This document shows, piece by piece, positions 28,411 to 37,885 of a stretch of 64,000 bases of DNA. The stretch covers positions 96,001 to 160,000 of the forward strand of contig BTVJ01000003.1 of the NCBI GenBank assembly GCA_045863395.1, written 5' to 3'. Position 1 is the first letter of the stretch, and each line of letters begins with the position of its first letter. Origin of the DNA: Myxococcales bacterium. Lineage in GTDB: Bacteria; Myxococcota_A; UBA9042; JABWCM01; BTVJ01. The position numbers and the translations under genes are program-made. The notes beneath the pieces were generated by a model. That model did not search any database and was not told where the DNA came from. It saw only the letters and a program-made list of their open reading frames with translations.

Positions 28411-29919
28411 GTGAAGCTCTACAACACCCTGACTCGCCAGAAGGACACGTTCGAGCCCCTGGAGCCCGGAAAGGTCCGAATGTACGTGTGCGGCGTCACG
28501 GTCTACGACATGTGCCACATCGGGCACGCCCGCTTCCTGGTCGCCTTCGACGTGATCTACCGGACGCTCCGCCACCTGGGCTACCAGGTGACCTACGTGC
28601 GCAACTTCACGGACGTGGACGACAAGATCATCAAGCGGGCCAACGAGCGCGGGGTCTCCTGCCAGGCGCTGACCGAGCAGTTCATCGCGGAGTTCTACCG
28701 TGACGTGGACGCGCTGGCGTGCCTGCGCCCGGACGTGGAGCCGCGGGTGACCGGGTACATGCCGCAGATCGTGGCCCTGATCGAGCAGATTGTCGCCAAC
28801 GGCCACGCCTACGTCAGCGAGGGGGATGTCTACTTCGACATCGACTCCTTCCCCGCCTACGGGCGGCTGTCGGGGCGGGTGCTGGAGGACATGCGGGCAG
28901 GCGCCTCGGAGCGCACCGGCGAGGAGGAGGCCCGCAAGCGCAACCCCATGGACTTCGCCCTGTGGAAGGCGTCGAAGCCCGGCGAGCCCATGTGGGACAG
29001 TCCGTGGGGGAATGGGCGGCCCGGCTGGCACATCGAGTGCTCCGCCATGAGCGTGACCAACCTGGGGGCGCCCTTCGACATCCACGGGGGCGGCAAGGAC
29101 CTCGTGTTCCCACACCACGAGAACGAGCTCGCCCAGTCGGAGGCCGGCTATCGCAAGGAGTTCGCGCGGTACTGGATGCACAACGGCTTCGTCAACGTGG
29201 ACAACGAGAAGATGTCCAAGTCACTGGGCAACTTCTTCACCATCCGCGACGTGCTGGAGCGATACCACCCGCAGGTGGTGCGCACCTTCCTCTTGTCCAC
29301 CCACTACCGGAGCCCCATCAACTTCAGCGACAAGGCCCTCGACGAGGCGACCCGTCGCGTGATGTACGTCTACGAGACGCTGGAGAAGCTGGACCGCGTG
29401 CTCGCCGAGGAGGCCGCGCTGGGCGACGGGACCACGCGGGAGCCGGAGCTGCCGGATCTGGTCAAGGGCCTCCTGCCGGCCTTCCACGAGGCGATGACGG
29501 ACGACTTCAACACCCCGAAGGCCCTGGCGGCGTTGGCGGATGTCATGCGCTTCGCCAACGAGCTGGCGGACCGCGGCAAGAAGAAGGCGCCCCACAAGGC
29601 CCCGACGCTGCGGGCCATTCGGGACCGCATCGCGACCATCGCGGAGGTGCTCGGGGTCTTCCACCTGGACCCGGCCACCGTGCTGGCGGAGATCCAGGCG
29701 CAGCTCGTGGGGCGCCTCGGTGTGCCGCAGGAGGCGGTGGAGGAGCGCGTGGCCGCCCGGGTGGCGGCTCGGGTGGCCAAGGACTGGGCCGGGGCGGACG
29801 CGATCCGCGCGGAGCTTGCGGCGCTCGGGGTGGAGGTCATGGACACGCCGTCGGGCACCTGCTGGAAGGTGCTGCCCCGGTGCGAGGCCGCCGAGGACGA
29901 CGCGGCCGGCGCCCCGTGA
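28411..29919 (+). CDS. cysS: Cysteine--tRNA ligase
   Basis: MYVCGVTVYD, HIGH, GRPGWHIECSAM, FPHHENE, KMSKS. Confidence 0.98.
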   Translation: MKLYNTLTRQKDTFEPLEPGKVRMYVCGVTVYDMCHIGHARFLVAFDVIYRTLRHLGYQVTYVRNFTDVDDKIIKRANERGVSCQALTEQFIAEFYRDVDALACLRPDVEPRVTGYMPQIVALIEQIVANGHAYVSEGDVYFDIDSFPAYGRLSGRVLEDMRAGASERTGEEEARKRNPMDFALWKASKPGEPMWDSPWGNGRPGWHIECSAMSVTNLGAPFDIHGGGKDLVFPHHENELAQSEAGYRKEFARYWMHNGFVNVDNEKMSKSLGNFFTIRDVLERYHPQVVRTFLLSTHYRSPINFSDKALDEATRRVMYVYETLEKLDRVLAEEAALGDGTTREPELPDLVKGLLPAFHEAMTDDFNTPKALAALADVMRFANELADRGKKKAPHKAPTLRAIRDRIATIAEVLGVFHLDPATVLAEIQAQLVGRLGVPQEAVEERVAARVAARVAKDWAGADAIRAELAALGVEVMDTPSGTCWKVLPRCEAAEDDAAGAP

Positions 29920-30755
29920 AGGTCCTCGTCCTGGCGGACGGCGTGCGAGCCGACCGGGTGGTCCAGGAGCTCGAGCGAGCCGGCCACAAGGCGGTCGTCG
30001 CCGGCGGGCGCAGCGTCGTCGTGACGATCATTCGCGCCGTGCGGCCCGACGCCCTGCTTGGCGTCTCGGATGATCCCGCATCGACGAGGGACTTCCTGGG
30101 CGCGGTGGAGGGTGCGGGCGGGCTGCCAGTCCTGGCGCTGGCGTCGCTGGCGGCTGCCGACGAGGTGGCGCTTGTCGTCGCCGCCTTGGCGGGGCACGCG
30201 GGAGCAGTGCGGTCCGAGGGGGCAGCGCGGGTCGGCCCGGTGCGCGCCGAGCCGTCGCGCGTGGAGCCCCAGCGAGCGGGCCCTCTTGGCGCCGCGCCCG
30301 GGCTGCCCGTCACCCCGCCGCCCGTCCCGCGCGTCTCCGCGCAGGCCCCGCACGTGACGCCCCCGGCGCCTCCCGAGCGCCCGCTACGTCACGGACGGCC
30401 GGTCGTCGGGCCAGCCGGCGTCGGAACGCCGGAACGGCGCGCGACGGGCCCGGACGGTGACGCGACCCGGGAGCTGGTCCGCGTCGCGCTGGAGCAGGCA
30501 CGGGTGGGGACCTACTTCGACCTGCTGGGACTCGCCCCCGGCGCGACGCCGGAGGTCATCCGGCAGCGTGTGGCGGCGATGACCGCGGCGCTCCGCCCCG
30601 AGCGGATCCCGGGGCCGCTCGACGCGGAGCTGGTGCGCGCCCTCGGGGAGGTCGGCCGCGCCCTCGACGATGCGCTCTACGTCCTGGGTGACGAGGAGCT
30701 GCGGCCACGCTACGCGGCGGCGATCACACGGAGCAGCGCCGGCCCGCACCCCTGA
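29916..30755 (+). CDS. Hypothetical protein: receiver-like N-terminus, Pro-rich linker, C-terminal J-like domain
   Basis: GTGA overlap with cysS; TYFDLLGLAPGATPEVIR...LRPER...ALYVLGDEELRPRY. Confidence 0.6.
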   Translation: MKVLVLADGVRADRVVQELERAGHKAVVAGGRSVVVTIIRAVRPDALLGVSDDPASTRDFLGAVEGAGGLPVLALASLAAADEVALVVAALAGHAGAVRSEGAARVGPVRAEPSRVEPQRAGPLGAAPGLPVTPPPVPRVSAQAPHVTPPAPPERPLRHGRPVVGPAGVGTPERRATGPDGDATRELVRVALEQARVGTYFDLLGLAPGATPEVIRQRVAAMTAALRPERIPGPLDAELVRALGEVGRALDDALYVLGDEELRPRYAAAITRSSAGPHP

Positions 30756-30765
30756 GGAGGACCTG

Positions 30766-31305
30766 ATGTCGATGCGCCGGATCGTCTACTACCCCCACGA
30801 GGTGCTCGCCACCCGCGCCCCGGACGTCACGAACGTCGACGGCGACTTGGTGCGCCTGCTCGACGACATGGCGGAGACCATGTACCACGCACGAGGCATT
30901 GGCCTCGCCGCGCCGCAGGTGGGCGTCAGCGCCCGCGTGATCACCGTCGACGTGTCGGGGCCCGAGGACCGAGGCAGGGGGCTGCTCCAGCTCGTCAACC
31001 CGCGCATCGTCGAGTCCCACGGCGAGGGCGCCATGGAGGAGGGCTGCCTCAGCTTCCCGGGCATCGCCGCCGAGATCAAGCGCCCGAGCGAGATCCTCGT
31101 GCAGGCGTGGGACCGGGATGGCCGCGAGCTGCAGATCACCGCCGGCGGGCTGCTGGCCGTGTGCCTGCAGCACGAGATCGACCACCTGGACGGGGTGACC
31201 TTCGTCGACCACCTGACCGGCCTGCGGAAGAAGCTGGTCATGCGGGAGTATGCGCGCGCCCGCCGGCAGCTCGAGATCGAGGAGACCGTGCGCGTCCCGA
31301 GGTGA
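30766..31305 (+). CDS. def: Peptide deformylase
   Basis: GIGLAAPQVG, EGCLS, QHEIDHLDG. Confidence 0.97.
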   Translation: MSMRRIVYYPHEVLATRAPDVTNVDGDLVRLLDDMAETMYHARGIGLAAPQVGVSARVITVDVSGPEDRGRGLLQLVNPRIVESHGEGAMEEGCLSFPGIAAEIKRPSEILVQAWDRDGRELQITAGGLLAVCLQHEIDHLDGVTFVDHLTGLRKKLVMREYARARRQLEIEETVRVPR

Positions 31306-31311
31306 TCGCCC

Positions 31312-32304
31312 ATGACTCACGCCGCTCGTCCGCTCCGCATCGTCTTCATGGGCACACCTGACTTTGCGGTGCCCTCGCTGCAGGCGCTGGTGGACGCCGG
31401 CGAGGACGTGGTCGCCGTCGTCACGCAGCCCGACCGCCCCAAAGGACGCAGCCCCCTCCCCGCGCCGCCGCCCGTCAAGGAGCTGGCGCTGCGCCTGGGG
31501 ATCCCCGTCCACCAGCCGAAGAGCCTCCGGAAGGGCACGTTCCCGGAGATCTTCGCAGCCTTGGCCCCCGATCTTGCCGTCGTGGTGGCCTACGGGCGCA
31601 TCATCCCCAAGGACATGCTCGCTGTGCCTCCCATGGGCTTCGTGAACGTGCACGCCTCGCTGCTTCCGCGGTGGCGCGGTGCGGCGCCGATCCAGGCGTG
31701 CCTGCGGGCCGGCGACCCGGTGACCGGCGTCACGATCATGCAGCTCGACGAGGGGCTCGACACGGGGGACATCCTGTCCATGGTGGAGCACCCCATCGGA
31801 GTTGGGACCACCGCGGGGGACCTCCACGACGCCCTGAGCGTGCTCGGCGCGGGGGCGCTGCTCGGTGCGCTCCCGTCGCTGAAGGACGGGACGGCGCACC
31901 CACGCAAGCAGGACGACGCCCTGGCGACCCACGCCCCCATGCTCACCAAGGAGGATGGCCGCGTGCCCTGGGAGGAGCCGGCGGACGCCGTGCAGCGCCA
32001 CGTGCGGGCCATGCACCCGTGGCCCTGCGCGTTCACGGCGTGGCGCGGCGGGATCTTGAAGATACACCCGTTTGTGGAGTACACCCTCGACCCGGTGCAG
32101 GTCCCGCCCGGCACGGTGGTCGCCGCGGAGGAGCAGGCGATTCACGTGGCGTGCGGGCGCGGCGTCGTGGCGATCACGGAGCTGCAGCCCGAGAGCAGAC
32201 GGCGCATGAGCGCCGGCGCGTTCCTGAATGGCTACCGCGTCGAGCCGGGCGAGGTGCTCGGTGTGGCGCGAACGACTCATCCCCCTGAAGGAGACCAGCG
32301 ATGA
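31312..32304 (+). CDS. fmt: Methionyl-tRNA formyltransferase
   Basis: IVFMGTPDFA, VTQPDRP, NVHASLLPRWRGAAPI, GLDTGD. Confidence 0.97.
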   Translation: MTHAARPLRIVFMGTPDFAVPSLQALVDAGEDVVAVVTQPDRPKGRSPLPAPPPVKELALRLGIPVHQPKSLRKGTFPEIFAALAPDLAVVVAYGRIIPKDMLAVPPMGFVNVHASLLPRWRGAAPIQACLRAGDPVTGVTIMQLDEGLDTGDILSMVEHPIGVGTTAGDLHDALSVLGAGALLGALPSLKDGTAHPRKQDDALATHAPMLTKEDGRVPWEEPADAVQRHVRAMHPWPCAFTAWRGGILKIHPFVEYTLDPVQVPPGTVVAAEEQAIHVACGRGVVAITELQPESRRRMSAGAFLNGYRVEPGEVLGVARTTHPPEGDQR

Positions 32305-33293
32305 AGATCTGGACCCGGGCGGCCCTCGTGGCCGCGGCGCTCGTCATGGCGAGCGGGTGCAGCAAAGAGCAGCCCACGGACCAGGCGGCCGCAGGCAAGG
32401 CGGGCGCCGAGGCGGCCAAGAGCGGCGCGCAGGCGGCGAAGACCGGAGCGGAGGCCGCGAAGGCGGCCGGCGAGGCTGCGGCGGCGGGCATGGAGGCGGC
32501 GAAGGCCGCCGGTGGGGCGGCGGCGGCAGCCGGAGGCGAGGCGGCGAAGGCGGCCGGCGAGGCCGCCGCGGCGGCGGGAGCCGAGGCGGCGAAGGCGGCC
32601 GCGGCGGCGGGAGCCGAGGCGGCGAAGGCGGCCGAGGAGGCGGCGCGGCTGGGCGCGACGGCGGCAGCGGCAGCCGGGGGCGAGGCAGCGAAGGCGGCCG
32701 AAGAGGCCGCGCGGATGGGCGCGGCTGCGGCCGCCGCTGCTGCGGCGGCTGGCGGCGACGCGGCGAAGGCGGCCGAGGAGGCAGCGCGGCTGGGCGCGGC
32801 GGCGGCTGCTGCGGCCGGCGGCGAGGCGGCGAAGGCGGCGGAGGAGGCTGCGAAGCTCGCGGCCGCGGCTGCGGGATCGGCAGAGGCAGCCGTCGCGGCG
32901 GCCGGGGCGGGCACCATCGAGTCCACCGACATCCTCGGCCGGGAGGCCGTCACCCAGAAGGCCGAGGTGAAGCACGTCCTGATCGGCTGGCGGGACCTGG
33001 CCGCGGCGTACCGCGGCCAGATGGACCCCCGTGCGGCCGCGCGCACCAAGGAGCAGGCCGACGCGCTGGCCCTGGAGATCCTTGGCAAGGTGCGGGCGGG
33101 CGAGGACATCGATGCCCTGATGAAGGCGAGCAGCGAGGACCCGGGCAGCGCCCAGACCGGCCGTCCCTACACGGCGACCGAGGATGCGCCGCTGGTGCCC
33201 CCGTTCAAGAGCCTGAGCCTGCGCCTCAAGGTGGACGAGGCAGGCCTCGTGCAGACCGCCTACGGGTGGCACGTCATCAAGCGCATCCAGTAG
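32301..33293 (+). CDS. Parvulin-type peptidyl-prolyl isomerase lipoprotein with long Ala-rich repeat stalk
   Basis: Lipobox ASGC; EAAKAA repeats; VKHVLI, SEDPGS, VPPF, VQTAYGWHVIKR. Confidence 0.82.
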   Translation: MKIWTRAALVAAALVMASGCSKEQPTDQAAAGKAGAEAAKSGAQAAKTGAEAAKAAGEAAAAGMEAAKAAGGAAAAAGGEAAKAAGEAAAAAGAEAAKAAAAAGAEAAKAAEEAARLGATAAAAAGGEAAKAAEEAARMGAAAAAAAAAAGGDAAKAAEEAARLGAAAAAAAGGEAAKAAEEAAKLAAAAAGSAEAAVAAAGAGTIESTDILGREAVTQKAEVKHVLIGWRDLAAAYRGQMDPRAAARTKEQADALALEILGKVRAGEDIDALMKASSEDPGSAQTGRPYTATEDAPLVPPFKSLSLRLKVDEAGLVQTAYGWHVIKRIQ

Positions 33294-33296
33294 CCC

Positions 33297-34262
33297 GTGC
33301 GGTGTGACGCCACAACGGGCGGGTGGGCCCTGCGCACGGCGTCTCTCCTCGCGCTCCTGGTGGCTGGCTGTGGGGGTGACGACCGGAGCCCCGTCGAGGT
33401 GCTCCGCGAGGGCTTGGCTCACGCGCTCCCCGATGACGCCCTCGGCCCGAGCCCTGCCGTGGAGGGCGCGCTCCCGAAGGATCCCCTGCTCCGCGATCCG
33501 GCCCATGGCGCCATGGCCCTCACGCCCTTCGAGATCGTCTCCAGCACCACGTGGAGGATGGAGGCGGAGGGCCGCACGCTGACGGTCCGGGACGAGGTGC
33601 GGTTCGTCCAGCGGTCGGACGGCGCCTTCCGGTCGACGCTCACCCGCGCGACGGTGGATCCTCCAGCCCCTGAGCGAAAGGCGGGGACCGAGGCGGTCTA
33701 CGCGGACCGTCGCTTCTTCGTGCGCGACCTGGCGGGGTCCTTCACCGAGCACAACCCCATGCGGGAGCTCCACGTCCCCTGGAGGCGCCGCGCCTTGGAC
33801 ACCCTGCCAACCCTCGTGCGTCTGCTGGGTCCCGGTCTCGCGCGGACGCCCGGCGACCCGACGTCCCGCGATGGGGTCGTCCTGGAGCGTCAGATCCTGG
33901 CCCTTGCCCCGGGCGGCGACGCCAAGCCCGTCGAGTCCGGGGGCCGGGATCACCTGGGGACCTGGGACCCCTGGTGGCGCGGCGCACACCGGCCGGTCTC
34001 GGCGCGGGGTGAGGCCCTGACCGATCCGAGGTGCGGCTGCCTGGTCGGGGCGCGGCTCGACGCGAGCTTCGACGGCGCTGCCGGGGGGCGCCCGTTCATG
34101 CTGCGGGTGGATCACACGGTCACGCTGACCCGGCTGGCCGACGAGCCCCCGATCCTCCCGCCGGAGGGGGCCACCGAACCCCGACGGCGGCGTGTCCACC
34201 ATATGATCGGCGAGATCCTGGGAGAGCTGGCCCCCACGGCGCCCGAGCCCGACGCCCAGTGA
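33297..34262 (+). CDS. Hypothetical lipoprotein
   Basis: LLALLVAGC lipobox; operon-like spacing and GC3-biased codons. Confidence 0.6.
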   Translation: MRCDATTGGWALRTASLLALLVAGCGGDDRSPVEVLREGLAHALPDDALGPSPAVEGALPKDPLLRDPAHGAMALTPFEIVSSTTWRMEAEGRTLTVRDEVRFVQRSDGAFRSTLTRATVDPPAPERKAGTEAVYADRRFFVRDLAGSFTEHNPMRELHVPWRRRALDTLPTLVRLLGPGLARTPGDPTSRDGVVLERQILALAPGGDAKPVESGGRDHLGTWDPWWRGAHRPVSARGEALTDPRCGCLVGARLDASFDGAAGGRPFMLRVDHTVTLTRLADEPPILPPEGATEPRRRRVHHMIGEILGELAPTAPEPDAQ

Positions 34263-34340
34263 GGCGCCCGAACCGCGCCCCACGGCCTCCGCGGAGGGCC
34301 CGGGTGTGACCGCGTGCCGCGAGTCGGGTACTCTCGGCTC

Positions 34341-36368
34341 ATGCGGCCGTGTCACCGAACACTGATCGACGGGAGGCTCAACCGCCTGCGCCCAGCCCTC
34401 TGCGCCGCGGCCCTGGCCGCGTGCGCGCCTGGCGGGAGCCCCGCCGAGCCCGGCGCAGACGTCGGCACCTCGAAGGCCCCGGACACCGTCGCTCCTTTGG
34501 ACACCCGCGCCCCCGTCTCCGACGCGATCGCGCCCGGGTGCACGGATCCCCACGAGCCCAACGACTGGCCGGTGATGGCCACTCCGGCGCCTGCCCTCCC
34601 CGTGGCCGGGGTGATCTGCCCCGGCGACGTGGACCTCTTCGCTCTGCCGGCGGGTACCAGCGGCGTCGTGGCCGCCCGGCTGGTGGCCCAATCGCCCGCT
34701 GGGGCGAGCCTTCGCCTGGCGCTGCTCACGATGCCCTCGCTGACCGCGCCTCCGGTGACCGTCGTTGCCGAGGGCGCATGGGATGATGGCGCCCTGGGTC
34801 TGGTCGCGGCCGTGGAGCCGGCGCTCCTGACCTTCGTGCGGGTCGACGCCGCCCCTACGGAGGGGCCCGTGCCCTACCAGATCGAGCTCCAGGTGGAGCA
34901 TGGGGGCTGCATCGAGGATCCCCACGAGCCAAACGACGTACCAGGCGAGGCGGAGCCGCTGGGGCTCACGGTGCTGATCGAGGCCGTTGTGTGTGTGACG
35001 GACGTCGACTGGTGGTCTCTTGACGTACCGACGGCCACGCACGTGCGAATCACGGCCACGCCCAAGCAACAGAGCGCCTCCCTCGCGCTCCATGGCGAGC
35101 TGGGGGGAGACGAGCTGGCCCCGTTTCCCCGCCCGTCCGGCGGCGTTGCCGTCGCGGTCACTGCGGCGCCGGAGCCCCGCCGGCTGCTGATCCGCGTTGC
35201 GCCCACCGATCCTGCGGTCGTCCACTATGATCTCCGCTCCGAGTCGTGGCCCATCACTCCGCCCGTGCAGGGCACGGTCACGGGGACCGTTCGGTACGAG
35301 GACCGCCTGCCGACCCGAAATGGCTACCTTGCCGGGACCTGGCTGCCGGCGCCGAGGGTCGCCGTCGAGGCGGTCCGCGCCTTCGACGAGCAGGTGGTCG
35401 CCTCGACCTGGACCGACCACGACGGAGCGTTCACCCTCGACGCGACGCTGGACGGGCCGCCGCAGGTACGACTCCGGGCGCTCACCGAGGTGCACCCCGA
35501 CGCGCCCGCCGTGTCCCTCCGCACGGACGTGGCGCCCGGCTCTGGTCCCATCGCGGTGTCCTCGCCCGAGCTGGTGCTCACGCCCGCAGGCGCCACCGTC
35601 GACGTTCTCGCCCACGCCCAAGGGGGGGGCGGCGCGTTCAACGCCCTGGACGTGGCGGGGCGCTCCCTCGCGTTCATGGAGGGCGTCCTCGGGGCGCCCG
35701 CGGTCCCCCTGGCCCTGGCTTGGCGGCCCGGCTGGACCGACCCCTGCGGCACCTGCTACTTCGGTGCGCTGGGCGTGCTGACCTTGTCCGGAACGGCCGC
35801 TGACGACGACGCCTACGATGACGCGGTGGTCGCTCACGAGGCGGCCCACCACTTCGAGATGGCGCACGGCGTCGCCGACAGCCCGGGGGGCTACCACGAC
35901 GGCCGCCGAACCGACCCCCGCGTGGCCTGGAGCGAGGGGTTTGCCAACGCCTTCGCCGCCATGGTGCTCAACGATCCCCTGTACGTGGACGTCCGGGCGC
36001 TCGGGGCCACGCTCGTGCTCGACATCGAGTCGGTCTCCCACGAGCAGTCCTATGGGACCTCCGACGGCACCATGAACGGCGCCGTCTCGGAGGACCTTGT
36101 CGCGGCGGTGCTCTGGGACCTGGTGGACGCAGGCCCGGAGGCCCTCGATCCGGCGTCCGGCCCGCCCCCCATGACGCTGGAGACCTCCCTGTCCTGGCTC
36201 CCGACGGCGGCGCGGGGCTTCCCCGGGGTGGATCTCGTCGATCACCTGGACGGCCTGCTCTGCCTCGACCTGGCTCCGGCGACATCGGTGGACGCGGTCG
36301 CCGTGCAGCAGCGGAAGTTCCCCTACGACCTGGCGCCGGTCAACGCTCCGGCCGGTCTTTGCGATTGA
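34341..36368 (+). CDS. Lipoprotein zinc metallopeptidase (gluzincin-like) with two DPHEPND/PPC-like modules
   Basis: ALAAC lipobox; DPHEPND x2; VVAHEAAHH...AWSEGFA; start uncertain. Confidence 0.7.
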   Translation: MRPCHRTLIDGRLNRLRPALCAAALAACAPGGSPAEPGADVGTSKAPDTVAPLDTRAPVSDAIAPGCTDPHEPNDWPVMATPAPALPVAGVICPGDVDLFALPAGTSGVVAARLVAQSPAGASLRLALLTMPSLTAPPVTVVAEGAWDDGALGLVAAVEPALLTFVRVDAAPTEGPVPYQIELQVEHGGCIEDPHEPNDVPGEAEPLGLTVLIEAVVCVTDVDWWSLDVPTATHVRITATPKQQSASLALHGELGGDELAPFPRPSGGVAVAVTAAPEPRRLLIRVAPTDPAVVHYDLRSESWPITPPVQGTVTGTVRYEDRLPTRNGYLAGTWLPAPRVAVEAVRAFDEQVVASTWTDHDGAFTLDATLDGPPQVRLRALTEVHPDAPAVSLRTDVAPGSGPIAVSSPELVLTPAGATVDVLAHAQGGGGAFNALDVAGRSLAFMEGVLGAPAVPLALAWRPGWTDPCGTCYFGALGVLTLSGTAADDDAYDDAVVAHEAAHHFEMAHGVADSPGGYHDGRRTDPRVAWSEGFANAFAAMVLNDPLYVDVRALGATLVLDIESVSHEQSYGTSDGTMNGAVSEDLVAAVLWDLVDAGPEALDPASGPPPMTLETSLSWLPTAARGFPGVDLVDHLDGLLCLDLAPATSVDAVAVQQRKFPYDLAPVNAPAGLCD

Positions 36369-36393
36369 CACGCCCCACCCCCCATGGTACTTA
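36365..36393 (+). promoter_or_regulatory. Putative promoter of tRNA-Gln/rplY cluster
   Basis: TTGACA-17 bp-TACTTA, GC-rich discriminator. Confidence 0.4.
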
Positions 36394-36457
36394 CGCGCGC
36401 CACCGCCGGGGGCTCCATGGGTCGAGCCCATGGTGCCTGCGGGGGACGCGCCACGAT

Positions 36458-36528
36458 TGGGGCGTCGTCAAGCGGTAAGACACTGGTTTTTGGTACCAGC
36501 ATCCCAGGTTCGAATCCTGGCGCCCCAA
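36458..36528 (+). tRNA. tRNA-Gln (anticodon TTG), CCA not encoded
   Basis: TGGGGCG/CGCCCCA acceptor stem with U1-A72, CTGGT-TTTTGGT-ACCAG anticodon arm, GGTTCGAATCC T-arm. Confidence 0.96.
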
Positions 36529-36646
36529 CTGATGCCGCAGCCGTGTGCCCGCGGAGCCGCAAGCGTCCCCCGCGTGGGTTCGGCGGCTCGACATCGGGCG
36601 ACCCGGCTGCAGAGCCGACACTGTGAGTCAGACAGAGGAATAGAGG

Positions 36647-37222
36647 ATGAATTCGACAACGCTGAGAGCGGTAGCGAGAGCGGAGAGCGGCAAGGGACCG
36701 GCCCGGCGCCTGCGGGTGCAGGGCCAGATCCCCGCCGTGATCTATGGTGGCACCGAGCAGCCGTTGAGCCTGTCCGTCGCCTCGAAGGACGTCGTCGCCG
36801 TCCTTCAAGGACCGTATGGTGTCAACACGCTGCTCTCCGTGGAGGTCGAGGGCGCCCCGGCGCCGGTCCTCGCCATGATCCGTGACCACCAGATCCACCC
36901 GGTGAAGCGCAAGCTCCTGCACTGCGACCTGTATCGCCTGGCGCCAGACAAGCCCGTGACGGTCACCGTCCCGCTGAGCACCTCGGGCAAGTCCGTCGCC
37001 GAGAAGCTGGGCGGGCGCGTCCGCATCATCGCCCGGGAGATCGCGGTGAGCTGCCTCCCGGCGGACATCCCCCTCTCCATCGACTTCGATGTGACGGCGC
37101 TGAGCACGGCCAAGACCATCTACGCGACCGAGGTGCCCCTGCCGGCGAACGTGTCGCCGGGCTGGCGCAACAACTTCGCGGTGCTCGCCGTGAGCGTCCC
37201 GAAGGTCGAGGGCGAGGCGTAG
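36647..37222 (+). CDS. rplY: 50S ribosomal protein L25/CTC
   Basis: GKGPARRLR..GQIPAVIYG, QIHPVKRKLLHCDL. Confidence 0.93.
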   Translation: MNSTTLRAVARAESGKGPARRLRVQGQIPAVIYGGTEQPLSLSVASKDVVAVLQGPYGVNTLLSVEVEGAPAPVLAMIRDHQIHPVKRKLLHCDLYRLAPDKPVTVTVPLSTSGKSVAEKLGGRVRIIAREIAVSCLPADIPLSIDFDVTALSTAKTIYATEVPLPANVSPGWRNNFAVLAVSVPKVEGEA

Positions 37223-37238
37223 CAGCGCGGGCACAGCG

Positions 37239-37805
37239 ATGATCCTCCTCGTGGGCTTGGGCAACCCGGGGCCAAAGTACCGGAAGAACCGGCACAACAT
37301 CGGCTTCATGGTCGTCGACGAGCTGCTGCGCAGGGCTGGCGCAGCCACGAAGGAGAAGTTCAAAGGGGAGTGGGCGCGCACGACGCACTGCGGCAAGGAC
37401 GTGGTGCTCTTGAAGCCCATGACCTTCATGAACCTCAGCGGCGAGTCGGTGCGGGCGGCGGCGGACTTCTTCCGCGTCGAGCCGCAGGACACGGTGGTGG
37501 TTCACGACGAGCTGGACCTGCCCTTTGGGAGGGTCAAGCTCAAGCAGGGAGGAGGGCACGCGGGGCACAACGGCCTGCGGTCCATTTCGGCGCACATGGG
37601 CGCAGACTATGCCCGCATCCGGTGCGGCATCGACCGCCCCGCGGTTGGGGCGCCGGCAGCGTGGGTGCTGAGCGACTTCTCGGCGGCGGAGTCGCCCTGG
37701 GTGCAGCAGATGGTGGACACGGCGGCGGACGCGGCGGAGTCGATCCTGCGGGACGGCATCGCGGCGGCCATGAACCGCTTCAACGCCGCCCGACCGGACG
37801 AGTAG
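37239..37805 (+). CDS. pth: Peptidyl-tRNA hydrolase
   Basis: VGLGNPG, RHNIGF, KPMTFMNLSG, HDELD, GHNGLRS. Confidence 0.97.
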   Translation: MILLVGLGNPGPKYRKNRHNIGFMVVDELLRRAGAATKEKFKGEWARTTHCGKDVVLLKPMTFMNLSGESVRAAADFFRVEPQDTVVVHDELDLPFGRVKLKQGGGHAGHNGLRSISAHMGADYARIRCGIDRPAVGAPAAWVLSDFSAAESPWVQQMVDTAADAAESILRDGIAAAMNRFNAARPDE

Positions 37806-37885
37806 CGAGGCGTCTCTCTTGGGGGGCGAGGCGCCACGTCGAGATGAGTTGAGAAGGACTGACCAGCGAAGAGGGAGATGACTCG

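Noticed and set aside
32277..36431. 1,384-aa minus-strand ORF and similar long antisense ORFs (37607-40264, 10872-13877, 3285-5150, 43754-46783, 22297-24609)
   Set aside because: Shadows of real opposite-strand genes caused by high GC and stop-codon scarcity; no motifs, Arg/Gly/Pro-rich
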